This document shows, piece by piece, positions 32,034 to 42,401 of a DNA stretch of 64,000 nt. The position numbers were made by a program, and so were the translations under genes. The first letter of the stretch is position 1; each line of letters opens with the position of its first letter. The stretch lies in the NCBI RefSeq assembly GCF_041248615.1, contig NZ_CP158426.1; one strand, written 5' to 3'. The notes beneath the pieces were generated by a model. The model had not been told where the DNA came from. It was given only the letters and a program-made list of their open reading frames with translations, and did no database searches. The stretch comes from Escherichia coli (GTDB taxonomy: Bacteria > Pseudomonadota > Gammaproteobacteria > Enterobacterales > Enterobacteriaceae).

Positions 32034-33512
32034 ATGAGCTTACGTGAAAAAACCATCAGCGGCGCGAAGTGGTCGGCGATTGCCACGGTGATTATCATCG
32101 GCCTCGGGCTGGTGCAGATGACCGTGCTGGCGCGGATTATCGACAACCACCAGTTCGGTTTGCTTACCGTGTCGCTGGTGATTATCGCGCTGGCAGATAC
32201 GCTTTCTGACTTCGGTATCGCTAACTCGATTATTCAGCGAAAAGAAATCAGTCACCTTGAACTCACCACGTTGTACTGGCTGAACGTTGGGCTGGGGATC
32301 GTGGTGTGCGTGGCGGTGTTTTTGTTGAGTGATCTCATCGGCGACGTGCTGAATAACCCGGACCTGGCACCGTTGATTAAAACATTGTCGCTGGCGTTTG
32401 TGGTGATCCCCCACGGGCAACAGTTCCGCGCGTTGATGCAAAAAGAGCTGGAGTTCAACAAAATTGGCATGATCGAAACCAGCGCGGTGCTGGCGGGCTT
32501 CACTTTTACAGTGGTTAGTGCCCATTTCTGGCCGCTGGCGATGACCGCGATCCTCGGTTATCTGGTCAATAGTGCGGTGAGAACGCTGCTGTTTGGCTAC
32601 TTTGGCCGCAAAATTTATCGCCCCGGTCTGCATTTCTCGCTGGCGTCAGTGGCACCGAACTTACGTTTTGGTGCCTGGCTGACGGCGGACAGCATCATCA
32701 ACTATCTCAACACCAACCTTTCAACGCTGGTGCTGGCGCGTATTCTCGGCGCGGGCGTGGCAGGGGGATACAACCTGGCGTACAACGTGGCCGTTGTGCC
32801 GCCGATGAAGCTGAACCCAATCATCACCCGCGTGTTGTTTCCGGCATTTGCCAAAATTCAGGACGACACCGAAAAGCTGCGCGTTAACTTCTACAAGCTG
32901 CTGTCGGTGGTGGGGATTATCAACTTTCCGGCGCTGCTCGGGCTGATGGTGGTGTCGAATAATTTTGTACCGCTGGTCTTTGGTGAGAAGTGGAACAGCA
33001 TTATTCCGGTGCTGCAATTGCTGTGTATTGTGGGTCTGCTGCGTTCGGTAGGTAACCCGATTGGTTCGCTGCTGATGGCGAAAGCGCGGGTCGATATCAG
33101 CTTTAAATTCAACGTATTCAAAACCTTTCTGTTTATTCCGGCGATTGTTATTGGTGGGCAGATGGCGGGCGCAATCGGCGTCACGCTTGGCTTCCTGCTG
33201 GTGCAGATTATCAACACCATTCTGAGCTATTTCGTGATGATTAAACCGGTGCTCGGTTCCAGTTATCGCCAGTACATCCTGAGTTTATGGCTGCCGTTTT
33301 ATCTCTCGCTGCCGACGCTGGTGGTCAGTTATGCGCTGGGCATTGTGCTGAAAGGGCAACTGGCGCTGGGGATGCTGCTGGCGGTGCAAATAGCCGCGGG
33401 CGTGCTGGCGTTTGTGGTGATGATTGTGCTGTCGCGCCATCCGCTGGTGGTGGAAGTGAAGCGTCAGTTTTGTCGCAGCGAAAAAATGAAAATGCTTTTA
33501 CGGGCGGGGTGA
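32034..33512 (+). CDS. wzxC: Colanic acid repeat-unit flippase (MOP/Wzx family)
   Basis: 492 aa, highly hydrophobic multi-TM protein. Recognised as WzxC. Confidence 0.92.
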   Translation: MSLREKTISGAKWSAIATVIIIGLGLVQMTVLARIIDNHQFGLLTVSLVIIALADTLSDFGIANSIIQRKEISHLELTTLYWLNVGLGIVVCVAVFLLSDLIGDVLNNPDLAPLIKTLSLAFVVIPHGQQFRALMQKELEFNKIGMIETSAVLAGFTFTVVSAHFWPLAMTAILGYLVNSAVRTLLFGYFGRKIYRPGLHFSLASVAPNLRFGAWLTADSIINYLNTNLSTLVLARILGAGVAGGYNLAYNVAVVPPMKLNPIITRVLFPAFAKIQDDTEKLRVNFYKLLSVVGIINFPALLGLMVVSNNFVPLVFGEKWNSIIPVLQLLCIVGLLRSVGNPIGSLLMAKARVDISFKFNVFKTFLFIPAIVIGGQMAGAIGVTLGFLLVQIINTILSYFVMIKPVLGSSYRQYILSLWLPFYLSLPTLVVSYALGIVLKGQLALGMLLAVQIAAGVLAFVVMIVLSRHPLVVEVKRQFCRSEKMKMLLRAG

Positions 33513-33583
33513 GTTGTTGTTTTAGTCACTGGCAATAAAAACAACAACATAACCTCACCTGGCATCAAATTTATGAGGAAAAA

Positions 33584-34864
33584 ATGAAATTACTTATTCT
33601 GGGCAACCACACTTGCGGCAATCGTGGCGACAGCGCCATCCTGCGCGGCTTACTTGATGCCATCAACATCCTCAATCCACATGCCGAAGTGGACGTGATG
33701 AGCCGCTATCCGGTCAGTTCTTCCTGGCTACTCAACCGCCCGGTAATGGGCGATCCGCTGTTCCTGCAAATGAAACAACACAACAGCGCGGCGGGCGTTG
33801 TCGGACGCGTTAAAAAAGTCCTCCGTCGCCGCTATCAACACCAGGTACTGCTCTCACGCGTCACCGACACTGGCAAGCTGCGTAATATCGCCATCGCCCA
33901 GGGATTCACTGACTTCGTGCGCCTGCTGTCAGGTTACGACGCCATTATTCAGGTCGGCGGATCGTTTTTTGTCGATCTCTACGGCGTGCCGCAGTTTGAA
34001 CACGCGCTTTGCACATTTATGGCGAAAAAGCCGCTGTTTATGATTGGTCACAGCGTCGGCCCCTTCCAGGATGAGCAATTTAACCAACTGGCGAACTACG
34101 TTTTTGGTCACTGCGACGCGCTGATCCTGCGCGAATCGGTCAGCCTTGATCTGATGAAACGCAGCAATATCACCACTGCAAAAGTTGAACATGGCGTCGA
34201 TACCGCGTGGCTGGTCGATCACCACACAGAAGACTTCACCGCCAGCTATGCCGTTCAACACTGGCTGGACGTTGCCGCACAACAGAAAACGGTGGCCATT
34301 ACCCTGCGCGAACTGGCACCGTTCGACAAACGTCTCGGCACCACTCAACAAGCGTATGAAAAAGCCTTTGCTGGGGTGGTCAATCGCATTCTCGATGAAG
34401 GGTATCAGGTGATTGCGCTCTCCACCTGTACGGGTATCGACAGCTATAACAAAGACGACCGCATGGTGGCGATCAACCTGCGCCAGCACATCAGCGATCC
34501 TACCCGTTATCACGTAGTGATGGATGAACTCAACGATCTGGAAATGGGCAAAATTCTGGGTGCCTGTGAACTCACCATCGGTACGCGCCTGCACTCGGCT
34601 ATTATCTCGATGAATTTCTCCACTCCGGCAATTGCCATCAACTACGAACATAAATCCGCCGGGATTATGCAGCAGCTGGGGCTGCCAGAGATGGCAATTG
34701 ATATCCGTCATTTACTGGACGGCAGCCTGCAAGCGATGGTTGCGGATACCTTAGGCCAGCTTCCGGCGCTGAATGCGCGACTTAGTGAAGCCGTCAGTCG
34801 TGAGCGTCAGACAGGAATGCAGATGGTGCAGTCAGTGCTTGAGCGCATCGGGGAGGCGAAATGA
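33584..34864 (+). CDS. wcaK: Colanic acid pyruvyl transferase
   Basis: 426 aa with N-terminus MKLLILGNHTCGNRGDSAIL, typical of polysaccharide pyruvyl transferases. Confidence 0.9.
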   Translation: MKLLILGNHTCGNRGDSAILRGLLDAINILNPHAEVDVMSRYPVSSSWLLNRPVMGDPLFLQMKQHNSAAGVVGRVKKVLRRRYQHQVLLSRVTDTGKLRNIAIAQGFTDFVRLLSGYDAIIQVGGSFFVDLYGVPQFEHALCTFMAKKPLFMIGHSVGPFQDEQFNQLANYVFGHCDALILRESVSLDLMKRSNITTAKVEHGVDTAWLVDHHTEDFTASYAVQHWLDVAAQQKTVAITLRELAPFDKRLGTTQQAYEKAFAGVVNRILDEGYQVIALSTCTGIDSYNKDDRMVAINLRQHISDPTRYHVVMDELNDLEMGKILGACELTIGTRLHSAIISMNFSTPAIAINYEHKSAGIMQQLGLPEMAIDIRHLLDGSLQAMVADTLGQLPALNARLSEAVSRERQTGMQMVQSVLERIGEAK

Positions 34865-36081
34865 AGGTCGGCTTCTTTTTACTGAAATTCCCGCTGTCTT
34901 CGGAAACCTTCGTCCTCAACCAAATCACTGCGTTTATTGATATGGGCTTTGAGGTGGAGATTGTTGCGCTGCAAAAAGGCGACACACAAAACACCCACGC
35001 GGCATGGACGAAATACAACCTTGCCGCCAGAACCCGCTGGTTACAGGACGAACCTACGGGCAAAGTGGCGAAGCTGCGCCACCGCGCCAGCCAGACCTTA
35101 CGCGGCATTCATCGTAAAAATACCTGGCAGGCGCTCAACCTCAAACGCTATGGTGCCGAGTCGCGGAACCTGATTTTGTCTGCCATTTGCGGCCAGGTCG
35201 CAACACCGTTTCGCGCCGATGTGTTCATCGCTCATTTTGGCCCGGCGGGGGTAACCGCAGCAAAACTACGGGAACTGGGTGTCATTCGCGGCAAAATTGC
35301 CACTATTTTCCATGGTATTGATATCTCCAGTCGGGAAGTGCTCAACCACTACACCCCCGAATATCAGCAACTGTTTCGCCGTGGCGACCTGATGTTACCG
35401 ATAAGCGATCTGTGGGCCGGAAGGCTGCAAAAAATGGGCTGCCCGAGGGAAAAAATCGCCGTATCGCGCATGGGCGTGGACATGACGCGCTTTAGCCCGC
35501 GCCCGGTGAAAGCGCCCGCAACGCCGCTGGAAATCATTTCCGTTGCACGCTTAACCGAGAAAAAAGGCCTGCATGTGGCGATCGAAGCCTGCCGTCAGTT
35601 GAAAGAGCAGGGCGTGGCATTTCGCTATCGCATCCTCGGCATTGGCCCGTGGGAACGACGCCTGCGCACCCTTATCGAACAATATCAACTGGAAGATGTG
35701 GTAGAGATGCCGGGCTTTAAACCGAGCCATGAAGTGAAAGCGATGCTCGACGACGCGGATGTCTTCCTGTTGCCATCGGTTACAGGTGCGGATGGTGATA
35801 TGGAAGGCATTCCGGTGGCGCTAATGGAAGCGATGGCGGTCGGCATTCCGGTGGTTTCTACTCTGCATAGCGGAATACCGGAACTGGTGGAGGCTGACAA
35901 ATCCGGCTGGCTGGTGCCTGAGAACGATGCCCGTGCACTGGCGCAACGACTGGCGGCGTTTAGCCAACTGGACACCGACGAACTGGCACCGGTCGTCAAA
36001 CGTGCGCGCGAAAAAGTCGAACACGATTTTAACCAGCAGGTGATTAACCGAGAACTCGCCAGCTTGCTGCAGGCTTTATAG
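34861..36081 (+). CDS. wcaL: Colanic acid glycosyltransferase (GT4)
   Basis: 406 aa with the GT4 EX7E-type motif [11 protein letters not shown]. Start overlaps the wcaK stop. Confidence 0.9.
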   Translation: MKVGFFLLKFPLSSETFVLNQITAFIDMGFEVEIVALQKGDTQNTHAAWTKYNLAARTRWLQDEPTGKVAKLRHRASQTLRGIHRKNTWQALNLKRYGAESRNLILSAICGQVATPFRADVFIAHFGPAGVTAAKLRELGVIRGKIATIFHGIDISSREVLNHYTPEYQQLFRRGDLMLPISDLWAGRLQKMGCPREKIAVSRMGVDMTRFSPRPVKAPATPLEIISVARLTEKKGLHVAIEACRQLKEQGVAFRYRILGIGPWERRLRTLIEQYQLEDVVEMPGFKPSHEVKAMLDDADVFLLPSVTGADGDMEGIPVALMEAMAVGIPVVSTLHSGIPELVEADKSGWLVPENDARALAQRLAAFSQLDTDELAPVVKRAREKVEHDFNQQVINRELASLLQAL

Positions 36082-36091
36082 AGGAGAACGC

Positions 36092-37486
36092 ATGCCATTT
36101 AAAAAACTCTCCCGACGCACCTTCCTGACGGCAAGCTCGGCGCTTGCCTTCCTCCATACCCCTTTCGCCCGTGCACTTCCTGCCCGGCAAAGCGTTAACA
36201 TTAACGACTACAACCCTCACGACTGGATCGCCTCATTTAAACAAGCCTTCAGCGAAGGGCAAACGGTCGTCGTGCCCGCCGGATTGGTTTGCGACAATAT
36301 CAACACCGGCATCTTCATTCCTGCAGGTAAAACGTTACACATCCTTGGAAGCCTGCGCGGCAACGGCAGAGGGCGATTTGTCTTACAGGACGGCAGCAAG
36401 GTGACAGGGGGGGAGGGCGGCAGTATACATAACATCACCCTGGATGTGCGTGGTTCTGACTGCACCATCAAAGGGCTGGTGATGAGCGGCTTTGGCCCGG
36501 TGACGCAGATCTATATCGGCGGCAAAAACAAACGGGTCATGCGCAACCTGACCATCGATAACCTCACCGTTAGCCACGCTAACTACGCCATCTTACGCCA
36601 GGGATTTCATAACCAGATTATCGGTGCCAATATCACCAATTGTAAGTTCAGCGACTTACAGGGCGACGCCATTGAATGGAACGTGGCAATTAACGACAGT
36701 GATATTTTGATCTCCGACCATGTGATCGAGCGCATCAACTGTACTAACGGCAAAATCAACTGGGGCATTGGCATCGGCCTTGCGGGAAGTACCTACGATA
36801 ATAATTATCCGGAAAACCAGGCAGTGAAAAACTTTGTCGTGGCGAATATCACGGGATCAGATTGTCGGCAACTGATCCATGTTGAAAATGGTAAACATTT
36901 TGTTATCCGTAATATCAAAGCTCGTAATATCACGCCGGATTTCAGTAAGAAAGCAGGTATTGATAACGCCACAGTTGCTATTTATGGTTGTGACAACTTT
37001 GTGATTGATAATATTGAAATGATTAATAGTGCCGGGATGTTAATTGGCTATGGGGTAATTAAAGGCAAATATCTCTCGATACCGCAGAATTTCCGAGTGA
37101 ATGATATTCAACTGGATAATACTCATCTTGCTTATAAATTGCGCGGCATCCAAATCTCCGCCGGGAATGCTGTCTCCTTTGTGGCGCTGACTAACATTGA
37201 GATGAAGCGTGCGTCGCTTGAGCTACACAATAAACCGCAACACCTTTTTATGCGAAATATCAATGTGATGCAGGAATCCTCTGTTGGACCCGCATTGAGC
37301 ATGAACTTCGACATGCGCAAAGACGTACGCGGTGTCTTTATGGCGAAAAAAGAAACACTGCTGTCTCTTGCAAATGTTCATGCGGTGAATGAAAAAGGAC
37401 AAATCTCCGTCGATATCGACAGGATTAATCACCATATTGTTAATGTGGAGAAGATTAACTTTAGATTGCCAGAACGGAGGGAGTAG
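36092..37486 (+). CDS. wcaM: Tat-signal, parallel beta-helix protein of the colanic acid cluster (function unknown)
   Basis: 464 aa. Twin-arginine signal [22 protein letters not shown] and repetitive beta-helix-like segments ([51 protein letters not shown]). Confidence 0.9.
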   Translation: MPFKKLSRRTFLTASSALAFLHTPFARALPARQSVNINDYNPHDWIASFKQAFSEGQTVVVPAGLVCDNINTGIFIPAGKTLHILGSLRGNGRGRFVLQDGSKVTGGEGGSIHNITLDVRGSDCTIKGLVMSGFGPVTQIYIGGKNKRVMRNLTIDNLTVSHANYAILRQGFHNQIIGANITNCKFSDLQGDAIEWNVAINDSDILISDHVIERINCTNGKINWGIGIGLAGSTYDNNYPENQAVKNFVVANITGSDCRQLIHVENGKHFVIRNIKARNITPDFSKKAGIDNATVAIYGCDNFVIDNIEMINSAGMLIGYGVIKGKYLSIPQNFRVNDIQLDNTHLAYKLRGIQISAGNAVSFVALTNIEMKRASLELHNKPQHLFMRNINVMQESSVGPALSMNFDMRKDVRGVFMAKKETLLSLANVHAVNEKGQISVDIDRINHHIVNVEKINFRLPERRE

Positions 37487-37660
37487 ATTTGCGACCATTC
37501 CTGGAAAAATGGAGCCATACTTAGGAACAATGCTACTGCAATCCACAACGAAGCGGCGTAACATCACAAGTAATTCAGTAATCAATTCAGGGTAATTGAT
37601 GCTGGCGAAAAAAATCGAACAAGCTATAATTCAGCAACCATTTTACAGGTGGATGAAATA

Positions 37661-38554
37661 ATGACGAATTTAAAAGCAGTTATTCCTGTAGCGGGTCTTG
37701 GGATGCATATGTTGCCTGCCACTAAGGCGATTCCCAAAGAGATGCTACCGATCGTCGATAAGCCAATGATTCAGTACATCGTTGACGAGATTGTGGCTGC
37801 AGGGATCAAAGAAATCCTCCTGGTAACTCACGCTTCCAAGAACGCGGTCGAAAACCACTTCGACACCTCTTATGAATTAGAATCTCTCCTTGAACAGCGC
37901 GTGAAGCGTCAACTGCTGGCGGAAGTACAGTCCATTTGCCCGCCGGGCGTGACAATTATGAACGTGCGTCAGGGCGAACCTTTAGGTTTGGGCCACTCCA
38001 TTTTATGTGCACGACCTGCCATTGGTGACAATCCATTTGTCGTGGTGCTGCCAGACGTTGTGATCGACGACGCCAGCGCCGACCCGCTGCGCTACAACCT
38101 TGCTGCCATGATTGCGCGCTTCAACGAAACGGGCCGCAGCCAGGTGCTGGCAAAACGTATGCCGGGTGACCTCTCTGAATACTCTGTCATCCAGACCAAA
38201 GAGCCGCTGGACCGCGAAGGTAAAGTCAGCCGCATTGTTGAATTCATCGAAAAACCGGATCAGCCGCAGACGCTGGACTCAGACATCATGGCCGTTGGTC
38301 GCTATGTGCTTTCTGCAGATATTTGGCCGGAACTTGAACGCACTCAGCCTGGTGCATGGGGGCGTATTCAGCTGACTGATGCCATCGCTGAACTGGCGAA
38401 AAAACAGTCCGTTGATGCCGTGCTGATGACAGGTGACAGCTACGACTGCGGTAAAAAAATGGGGTATATGCAGGCATTTGTGAAGTATGGACTACGCAAC
38501 CTGAAAGAAGGGGCGAAGTTCCGTAAAGGGATTGAGAAGCTGTTAAGCGAGTAA
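37661..38554 (+). CDS. galF: UTP-glucose-1-phosphate uridylyltransferase-like protein
   Basis: Track ORF 37649..38554 trimmed to ATG 37661 ([14 protein letters not shown]), giving 297 aa. Confidence 0.93.
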   Translation: MTNLKAVIPVAGLGMHMLPATKAIPKEMLPIVDKPMIQYIVDEIVAAGIKEILLVTHASKNAVENHFDTSYELESLLEQRVKRQLLAEVQSICPPGVTIMNVRQGEPLGLGHSILCARPAIGDNPFVVVLPDVVIDDASADPLRYNLAAMIARFNETGRSQVLAKRMPGDLSEYSVIQTKEPLDREGKVSRIVEFIEKPDQPQTLDSDIMAVGRYVLSADIWPELERTQPGAWGRIQLTDAIAELAKKQSVDAVLMTGDSYDCGKKMGYMQAFVKYGLRNLKEGAKFRKGIEKLLSE

Positions 38555-38595
38555 CAAATTCCTGACTGGAAGTGTCGGTCAGTAAGTAATTAAAA

Positions 38596-38657
38596 ACGGC
38601 AGTGAAGATTCATAGCATAAGTTTTGCTCATTGAATCTCACTGCCGTTGTCTTTTTT
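38596..38657 (+). terminator. Rho-independent terminator after galF
   Basis: Left arm acggcagtgaagattca (38596-38612) and right arm tgaatctcactgccgt (38632-38647) pair over 16-17 bp, followed by tgtctttttt. Confidence 0.8.
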
Positions 38658-38813
38658 ATAAGTACAATAAAAACAGCATGTTAGCTTGCAATCATAGTTC
38701 AAATTTTTCCAGGATTTTCCTTGTTTCTACAGCTGTTTGGTAAGACAATTAGCGTTTGAATTTTTCGGATTTGGCACGAGTGGGTTACGCTCGTCACATC
38801 GTGGAAATGTACG

Positions 38814-38852
38814 CAGTACTCTGGTAGCTGTTAAGCCAGGGGCGGTAGCGTG
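38814..38852 (+). promoter_or_regulatory. JUMPStart element with ops site upstream of the O-antigen cluster
   Basis: cagtactctggtagctgttaagccaggGGCGGTAGCGTG. The ops core is at 38841-38852, 75 bp upstream of the rmlB start. Confidence 0.88.
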
Positions 38853-38926
38853 CATTAATGCATCTATTAATCAAATCTGGAGCAGTCTATTTCACAGCAT
38901 GCTCTCTGGCTATATGGAATAAAAAA

Positions 38927-40012
38927 GTGAAGATACTTGTTACTGGTGGCGCAGGATTTATTGGTTCTGCTGTTGTTCGTCACATAATAAATAATACGCA
39001 AGATAGTGTTGTTAATGTCGATAAATTAACATACGCCGGAAACCTGGAATCACTCGCTGAAATTTCTGATTCTGAACGTTATTCATTTGAGCATGCAGAT
39101 ATCTGCGATGCCGAAGCGATGGCTCGTATTTTCGCACAGCACCAGCCAGACGCGGTGATGCACCTGGCAGCAGAGAGCCACGTTGACCGCTCAATAACTG
39201 GCCCTGCGGCATTTATTGAAACCAATATTGTGGGTACTTATGTTCTTTTAGAAGCGGCGCGCAATTATTGGTCTGGTCTGGATGATGAAAAGAAAAAAAA
39301 CTTCCGTTTTCATCATATTTCTACTGATGAGGTGTATGGTGACTTACCCCATCCGGATGAAGTAAATAGCAATGAAACGTTGCCGCTATTTACGGAAACG
39401 ACAGCATACGCGCCAAGTAGTCCATATTCTGCTTCTAAAGCTTCCAGCGATCATTTGGTTCGCGCATGGAAACGTACTTATGGTTTACCGACCATTGTGA
39501 CTAATTGCTCGAACAACTATGGTCCTTATCATTTCCCGGAAAAGCTTATTCCACTGGTTATTCTTAATGCACTGGAAGGTAAGGCATTACCTATTTATGG
39601 CAAAGGAGATCAGATCCGCGACTGGTTGTATGTAGAGGATCATGCTCGAGCGTTATATACCGTCGTAACCGAAGGTAAAGCGGGCGAAACTTATAACATT
39701 GGTGGACACAACGAAAAGAAAAACATCGACGTAGTGTTCACTATTTGTGATTTGTTGGATGAGATAGTCCCGAAAGAGAAATCTTATCGTGAGCAAATTA
39801 CCTATGTTGCTGATCGCCCAGGGCATGATCGCCGTTATGCAATTGATGCCGATAAAATTAGCCGCGAATTGGGCTGGAAACCGCAAGAAACGTTTGAGAG
39901 CGGTATTCGTAAAACGGTGGAATGGTATCTGGCTAATACAAATTGGGTTGAGAATGTGAAAAGCGGTGCTTATCAGTCGTGGATTGAACAGAACTATGAG
40001 GGCCGCCATTAA
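38927..40012 (+). CDS. rmlB: dTDP-glucose 4,6-dehydratase
   Basis: Track ORF 38858..40012 trimmed to GTG 38927 ([14 protein letters not shown]), giving 361 aa. Catalytic YSASK. Confidence 0.93.
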   Translation: MKILVTGGAGFIGSAVVRHIINNTQDSVVNVDKLTYAGNLESLAEISDSERYSFEHADICDAEAMARIFAQHQPDAVMHLAAESHVDRSITGPAAFIETNIVGTYVLLEAARNYWSGLDDEKKKNFRFHHISTDEVYGDLPHPDEVNSNETLPLFTETTAYAPSSPYSASKASSDHLVRAWKRTYGLPTIVTNCSNNYGPYHFPEKLIPLVILNALEGKALPIYGKGDQIRDWLYVEDHARALYTVVTEGKAGETYNIGGHNEKKNIDVVFTICDLLDEIVPKEKSYREQITYVADRPGHDRRYAIDADKISRELGWKPQETFESGIRKTVEWYLANTNWVENVKSGAYQSWIEQNYEGRH

Positions 40013-40911
40013 TGAATATCCTCCTATTCGGCAAAACAGGGCAGGTAGGTTGGGAACTGCAGCGTGCTCTGGCACCGCTGGGTAATCTGATTGCTCTTGA
40101 TGTTCACTCCACTGATTATTGTGGTGATTTTAGTAATCCCGAAGGTGTAGCTGAAACTGTCAAAAAAATTCGCCCTGATGTTATTGTTAATGCGGCTGCT
40201 CACACTGCAGTAGACAAAGCGGAATCAGAACCGGAATTTGCACAATTACTTAACGCGACAAGTGTCGAAGCGATTGCAAAAGCAGCCAATGAAGTCGGCG
40301 CTTGGGTTATTCACTACTCTACTGACTACGTATTTCCGGGAACCGGTGAAATACCGTGGCAGGAGACGGATGCTACAGCACCTTTGAATGTTTATGGTGA
40401 AACTAAACTAGCCGGAGAAAAAGCGTTACAGAAACATTGCGCGAAGCATATTATTTTCCGTACCAGCTGGGTATATGCAGGTAAAGGAAATAACTTCGCC
40501 AAAACAATGTTGCGTCTGGCAAAAGAGCGCGAAGAACTGGCTGTGATAAACGATCAGTTTGGCGCACCAACAGGTGCCGAATTGCTGGCTGATTGCACCG
40601 CTCATGCCATTCGCGTAGCAGTAGACAAACCAGAAGTTGCTGGTTTGTACCATCTGGTTGCTGGCGGTACAACAACCTGGCACGATTATGCCGCTCTGGT
40701 ATTTGAAGAAGCGCGCAAAGCAGGGATTAACCTTGCTCTTAACAAACTTAACGCCGTGCCAACAACGGCCTATCCCACACCAGCCCGTCGACCCCATAAC
40801 TCTCGCCTCAATACAGAAAAGTTTCAGCAGAACTTTGCGCTTGTCTTGCCTGACTGGCAGGTGGGTGTGAAACGAATGCTCAACGAATTATTTACGACTA
40901 CGGCAATTTAA
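40012..40911 (+). CDS. rmlD: dTDP-4-dehydrorhamnose reductase
   Basis: 299 aa with Rossmann GKTGQVGWEL. ATG overlaps the rmlB TAA by 1 nt. Confidence 0.93.
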   Translation: MNILLFGKTGQVGWELQRALAPLGNLIALDVHSTDYCGDFSNPEGVAETVKKIRPDVIVNAAAHTAVDKAESEPEFAQLLNATSVEAIAKAANEVGAWVIHYSTDYVFPGTGEIPWQETDATAPLNVYGETKLAGEKALQKHCAKHIIFRTSWVYAGKGNNFAKTMLRLAKEREELAVINDQFGAPTGAELLADCTAHAIRVAVDKPEVAGLYHLVAGGTTTWHDYAALVFEEARKAGINLALNKLNAVPTTAYPTPARRPHNSRLNTEKFQQNFALVLPDWQVGVKRMLNELFTTTAI

Positions 40912-40969
40912 CAAATTTTTGCATCTCGCTCATGATGCCAGAGCGGGATGAATTAAAAGGAATGGTGAA

Positions 40970-41848
40970 ATGAAAACGCGTAAAGGTATTATTCTGGCTG
41001 GTGGTTCCGGCACTCGTCTTTATCCTGTGACGATGGCAGTAAGTAAACAACTGCTGCCGATTTATGATAAGCCGATGATTTATTATCCGCTTTCAACGCT
41101 TATGTTAGCGGGTATTCGCGATATTCTTATTATCAGTACGCCACAGGATACGCCGCGTTTCCAACAATTGTTGGGGGACGGGAGCCAGTGGGGGCTTAAT
41201 CTACAGTATAAAGTACAACCGAGTCCGGATGGCCTGGCGCAAGCGTTTATCATTGGTGAAGACTTTATTGGTGGCGATGATTGTGCACTTGTGCTTGGTG
41301 ATAATATCTTCTATGGACACGACTTGCCGAAATTAATGGAAGCTGCTGTTAACAAAGAAAGCGGTGCAACGGTATTTGCTTATCACGTTAATGATCCTGA
41401 ACGTTATGGTGTCGTGGAGTTTGATAATAACGGTACTGCAATTAGCCTGGAAGAAAAACCGCTGGAACCAAAAAGTAACTATGCGGTTACTGGGCTTTAT
41501 TTCTATGACAATGACGTTGTGGAAATGGCGAAAAACCTTAAGCCTTCTGCCCGAGGTGAACTGGAAATTACCGATATTAACCGTATTTATATGGAACAAG
41601 GACGTTTGTCTGTCGCTATGATGGGGCGTGGCTATGCATGGCTGGATACAGGGACGCATCAAAGTCTTATTGAAGCAAGCAACTTCATTGCCACCATTGA
41701 AGAGCGCCAGGGACTAAAGGTTTCCTGTCCGGAAGAAATTGCTTATCGTAAAGGGTTTATTGATGCTGAGCAGGTAAAAGTATTAGCCGAACCGTTGAAG
41801 AAAAATGCTTATGGTCAGTATCTGCTCAAAATGATTAAAGGTTATTAA
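40970..41848 (+). CDS. rmlA: Glucose-1-phosphate thymidylyltransferase
   Basis: 292 aa with [11 protein letters not shown]. Recognised as RmlA/RfbA. Confidence 0.95.
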   Translation: MKTRKGIILAGGSGTRLYPVTMAVSKQLLPIYDKPMIYYPLSTLMLAGIRDILIISTPQDTPRFQQLLGDGSQWGLNLQYKVQPSPDGLAQAFIIGEDFIGGDDCALVLGDNIFYGHDLPKLMEAAVNKESGATVFAYHVNDPERYGVVEFDNNGTAISLEEKPLEPKSNYAVTGLYFYDNDVVEMAKNLKPSARGELEITDINRIYMEQGRLSVAMMGRGYAWLDTGTHQSLIEASNFIATIEERQGLKVSCPEEIAYRKGFIDAEQVKVLAEPLKKNAYGQYLLKMIKGY

Positions 41849-41852
41849 TAAG

Positions 41853-42398
41853 ATGAACGTAATTAAAACTGAAATTCCTGATGTATTAATATTTGAACCA
41901 AAAGTATTTGGGGATGAGCGTGGTTTTTTTATGGAAAGCTTCAATCAGAAAGTTTTCGAAGAAGCTGTGGGGCGGAAGGTTGAATTTGTTCAGGATAACC
42001 ATTCTAAGTCTACTAAAGGAGTAATTAGAGGATTACATTTTCAATTACCACCTTATTCACAGGCAAAATTAGTACGCTGTGTAGTAGGTGAGGTATATGA
42101 CGTTGTTGTTGATATAAGGAAAGATTCTAAAACTTTTGGCAAATGGGTCGGTGTAAATCTTTCTGCTGAAAACAAGCGACAGTTGTGGATTCCAGAAGGA
42201 TTCGCCCATGGTTTTGAAGTGATTAGTGAAGTCGCTCATTTTTTATACAAAACAAATAATTATTATAATGCAACTATGGAAAAAGGTATAAGATGGGATG
42301 ATGAATATTTAGCTATTAATTGGAAAGAAAAAAAAGCGATAATCTCTGAGAAAGACATGAAACAACCATCATTCAGAGAACTTTTTGAGAAAGTTTAA
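41853..42398 (+). CDS. rmlC: dTDP-4-dehydrorhamnose 3,5-epimerase
   Basis: 181 aa cupin with FGDERGFF and RGLHFQ motifs. Confidence 0.93.
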   Translation: MNVIKTEIPDVLIFEPKVFGDERGFFMESFNQKVFEEAVGRKVEFVQDNHSKSTKGVIRGLHFQLPPYSQAKLVRCVVGEVYDVVVDIRKDSKTFGKWVGVNLSAENKRQLWIPEGFAHGFEVISEVAHFLYKTNNYYNATMEKGIRWDDEYLAINWKEKKAIISEKDMKQPSFRELFEKV

Positions 42399-42401
42399 TT
42401 G

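Noticed and set aside
38737-38926. Track ORFs 38737-38922 and the 5' extension of the rmlB ORF (from 38858), which overlap the JUMPStart/ops element
   Set aside because: The conserved RmlB N-terminus ([13 protein letters not shown]) begins at GTG 38927. The upstream frames run through a known untranslated regulatory element.
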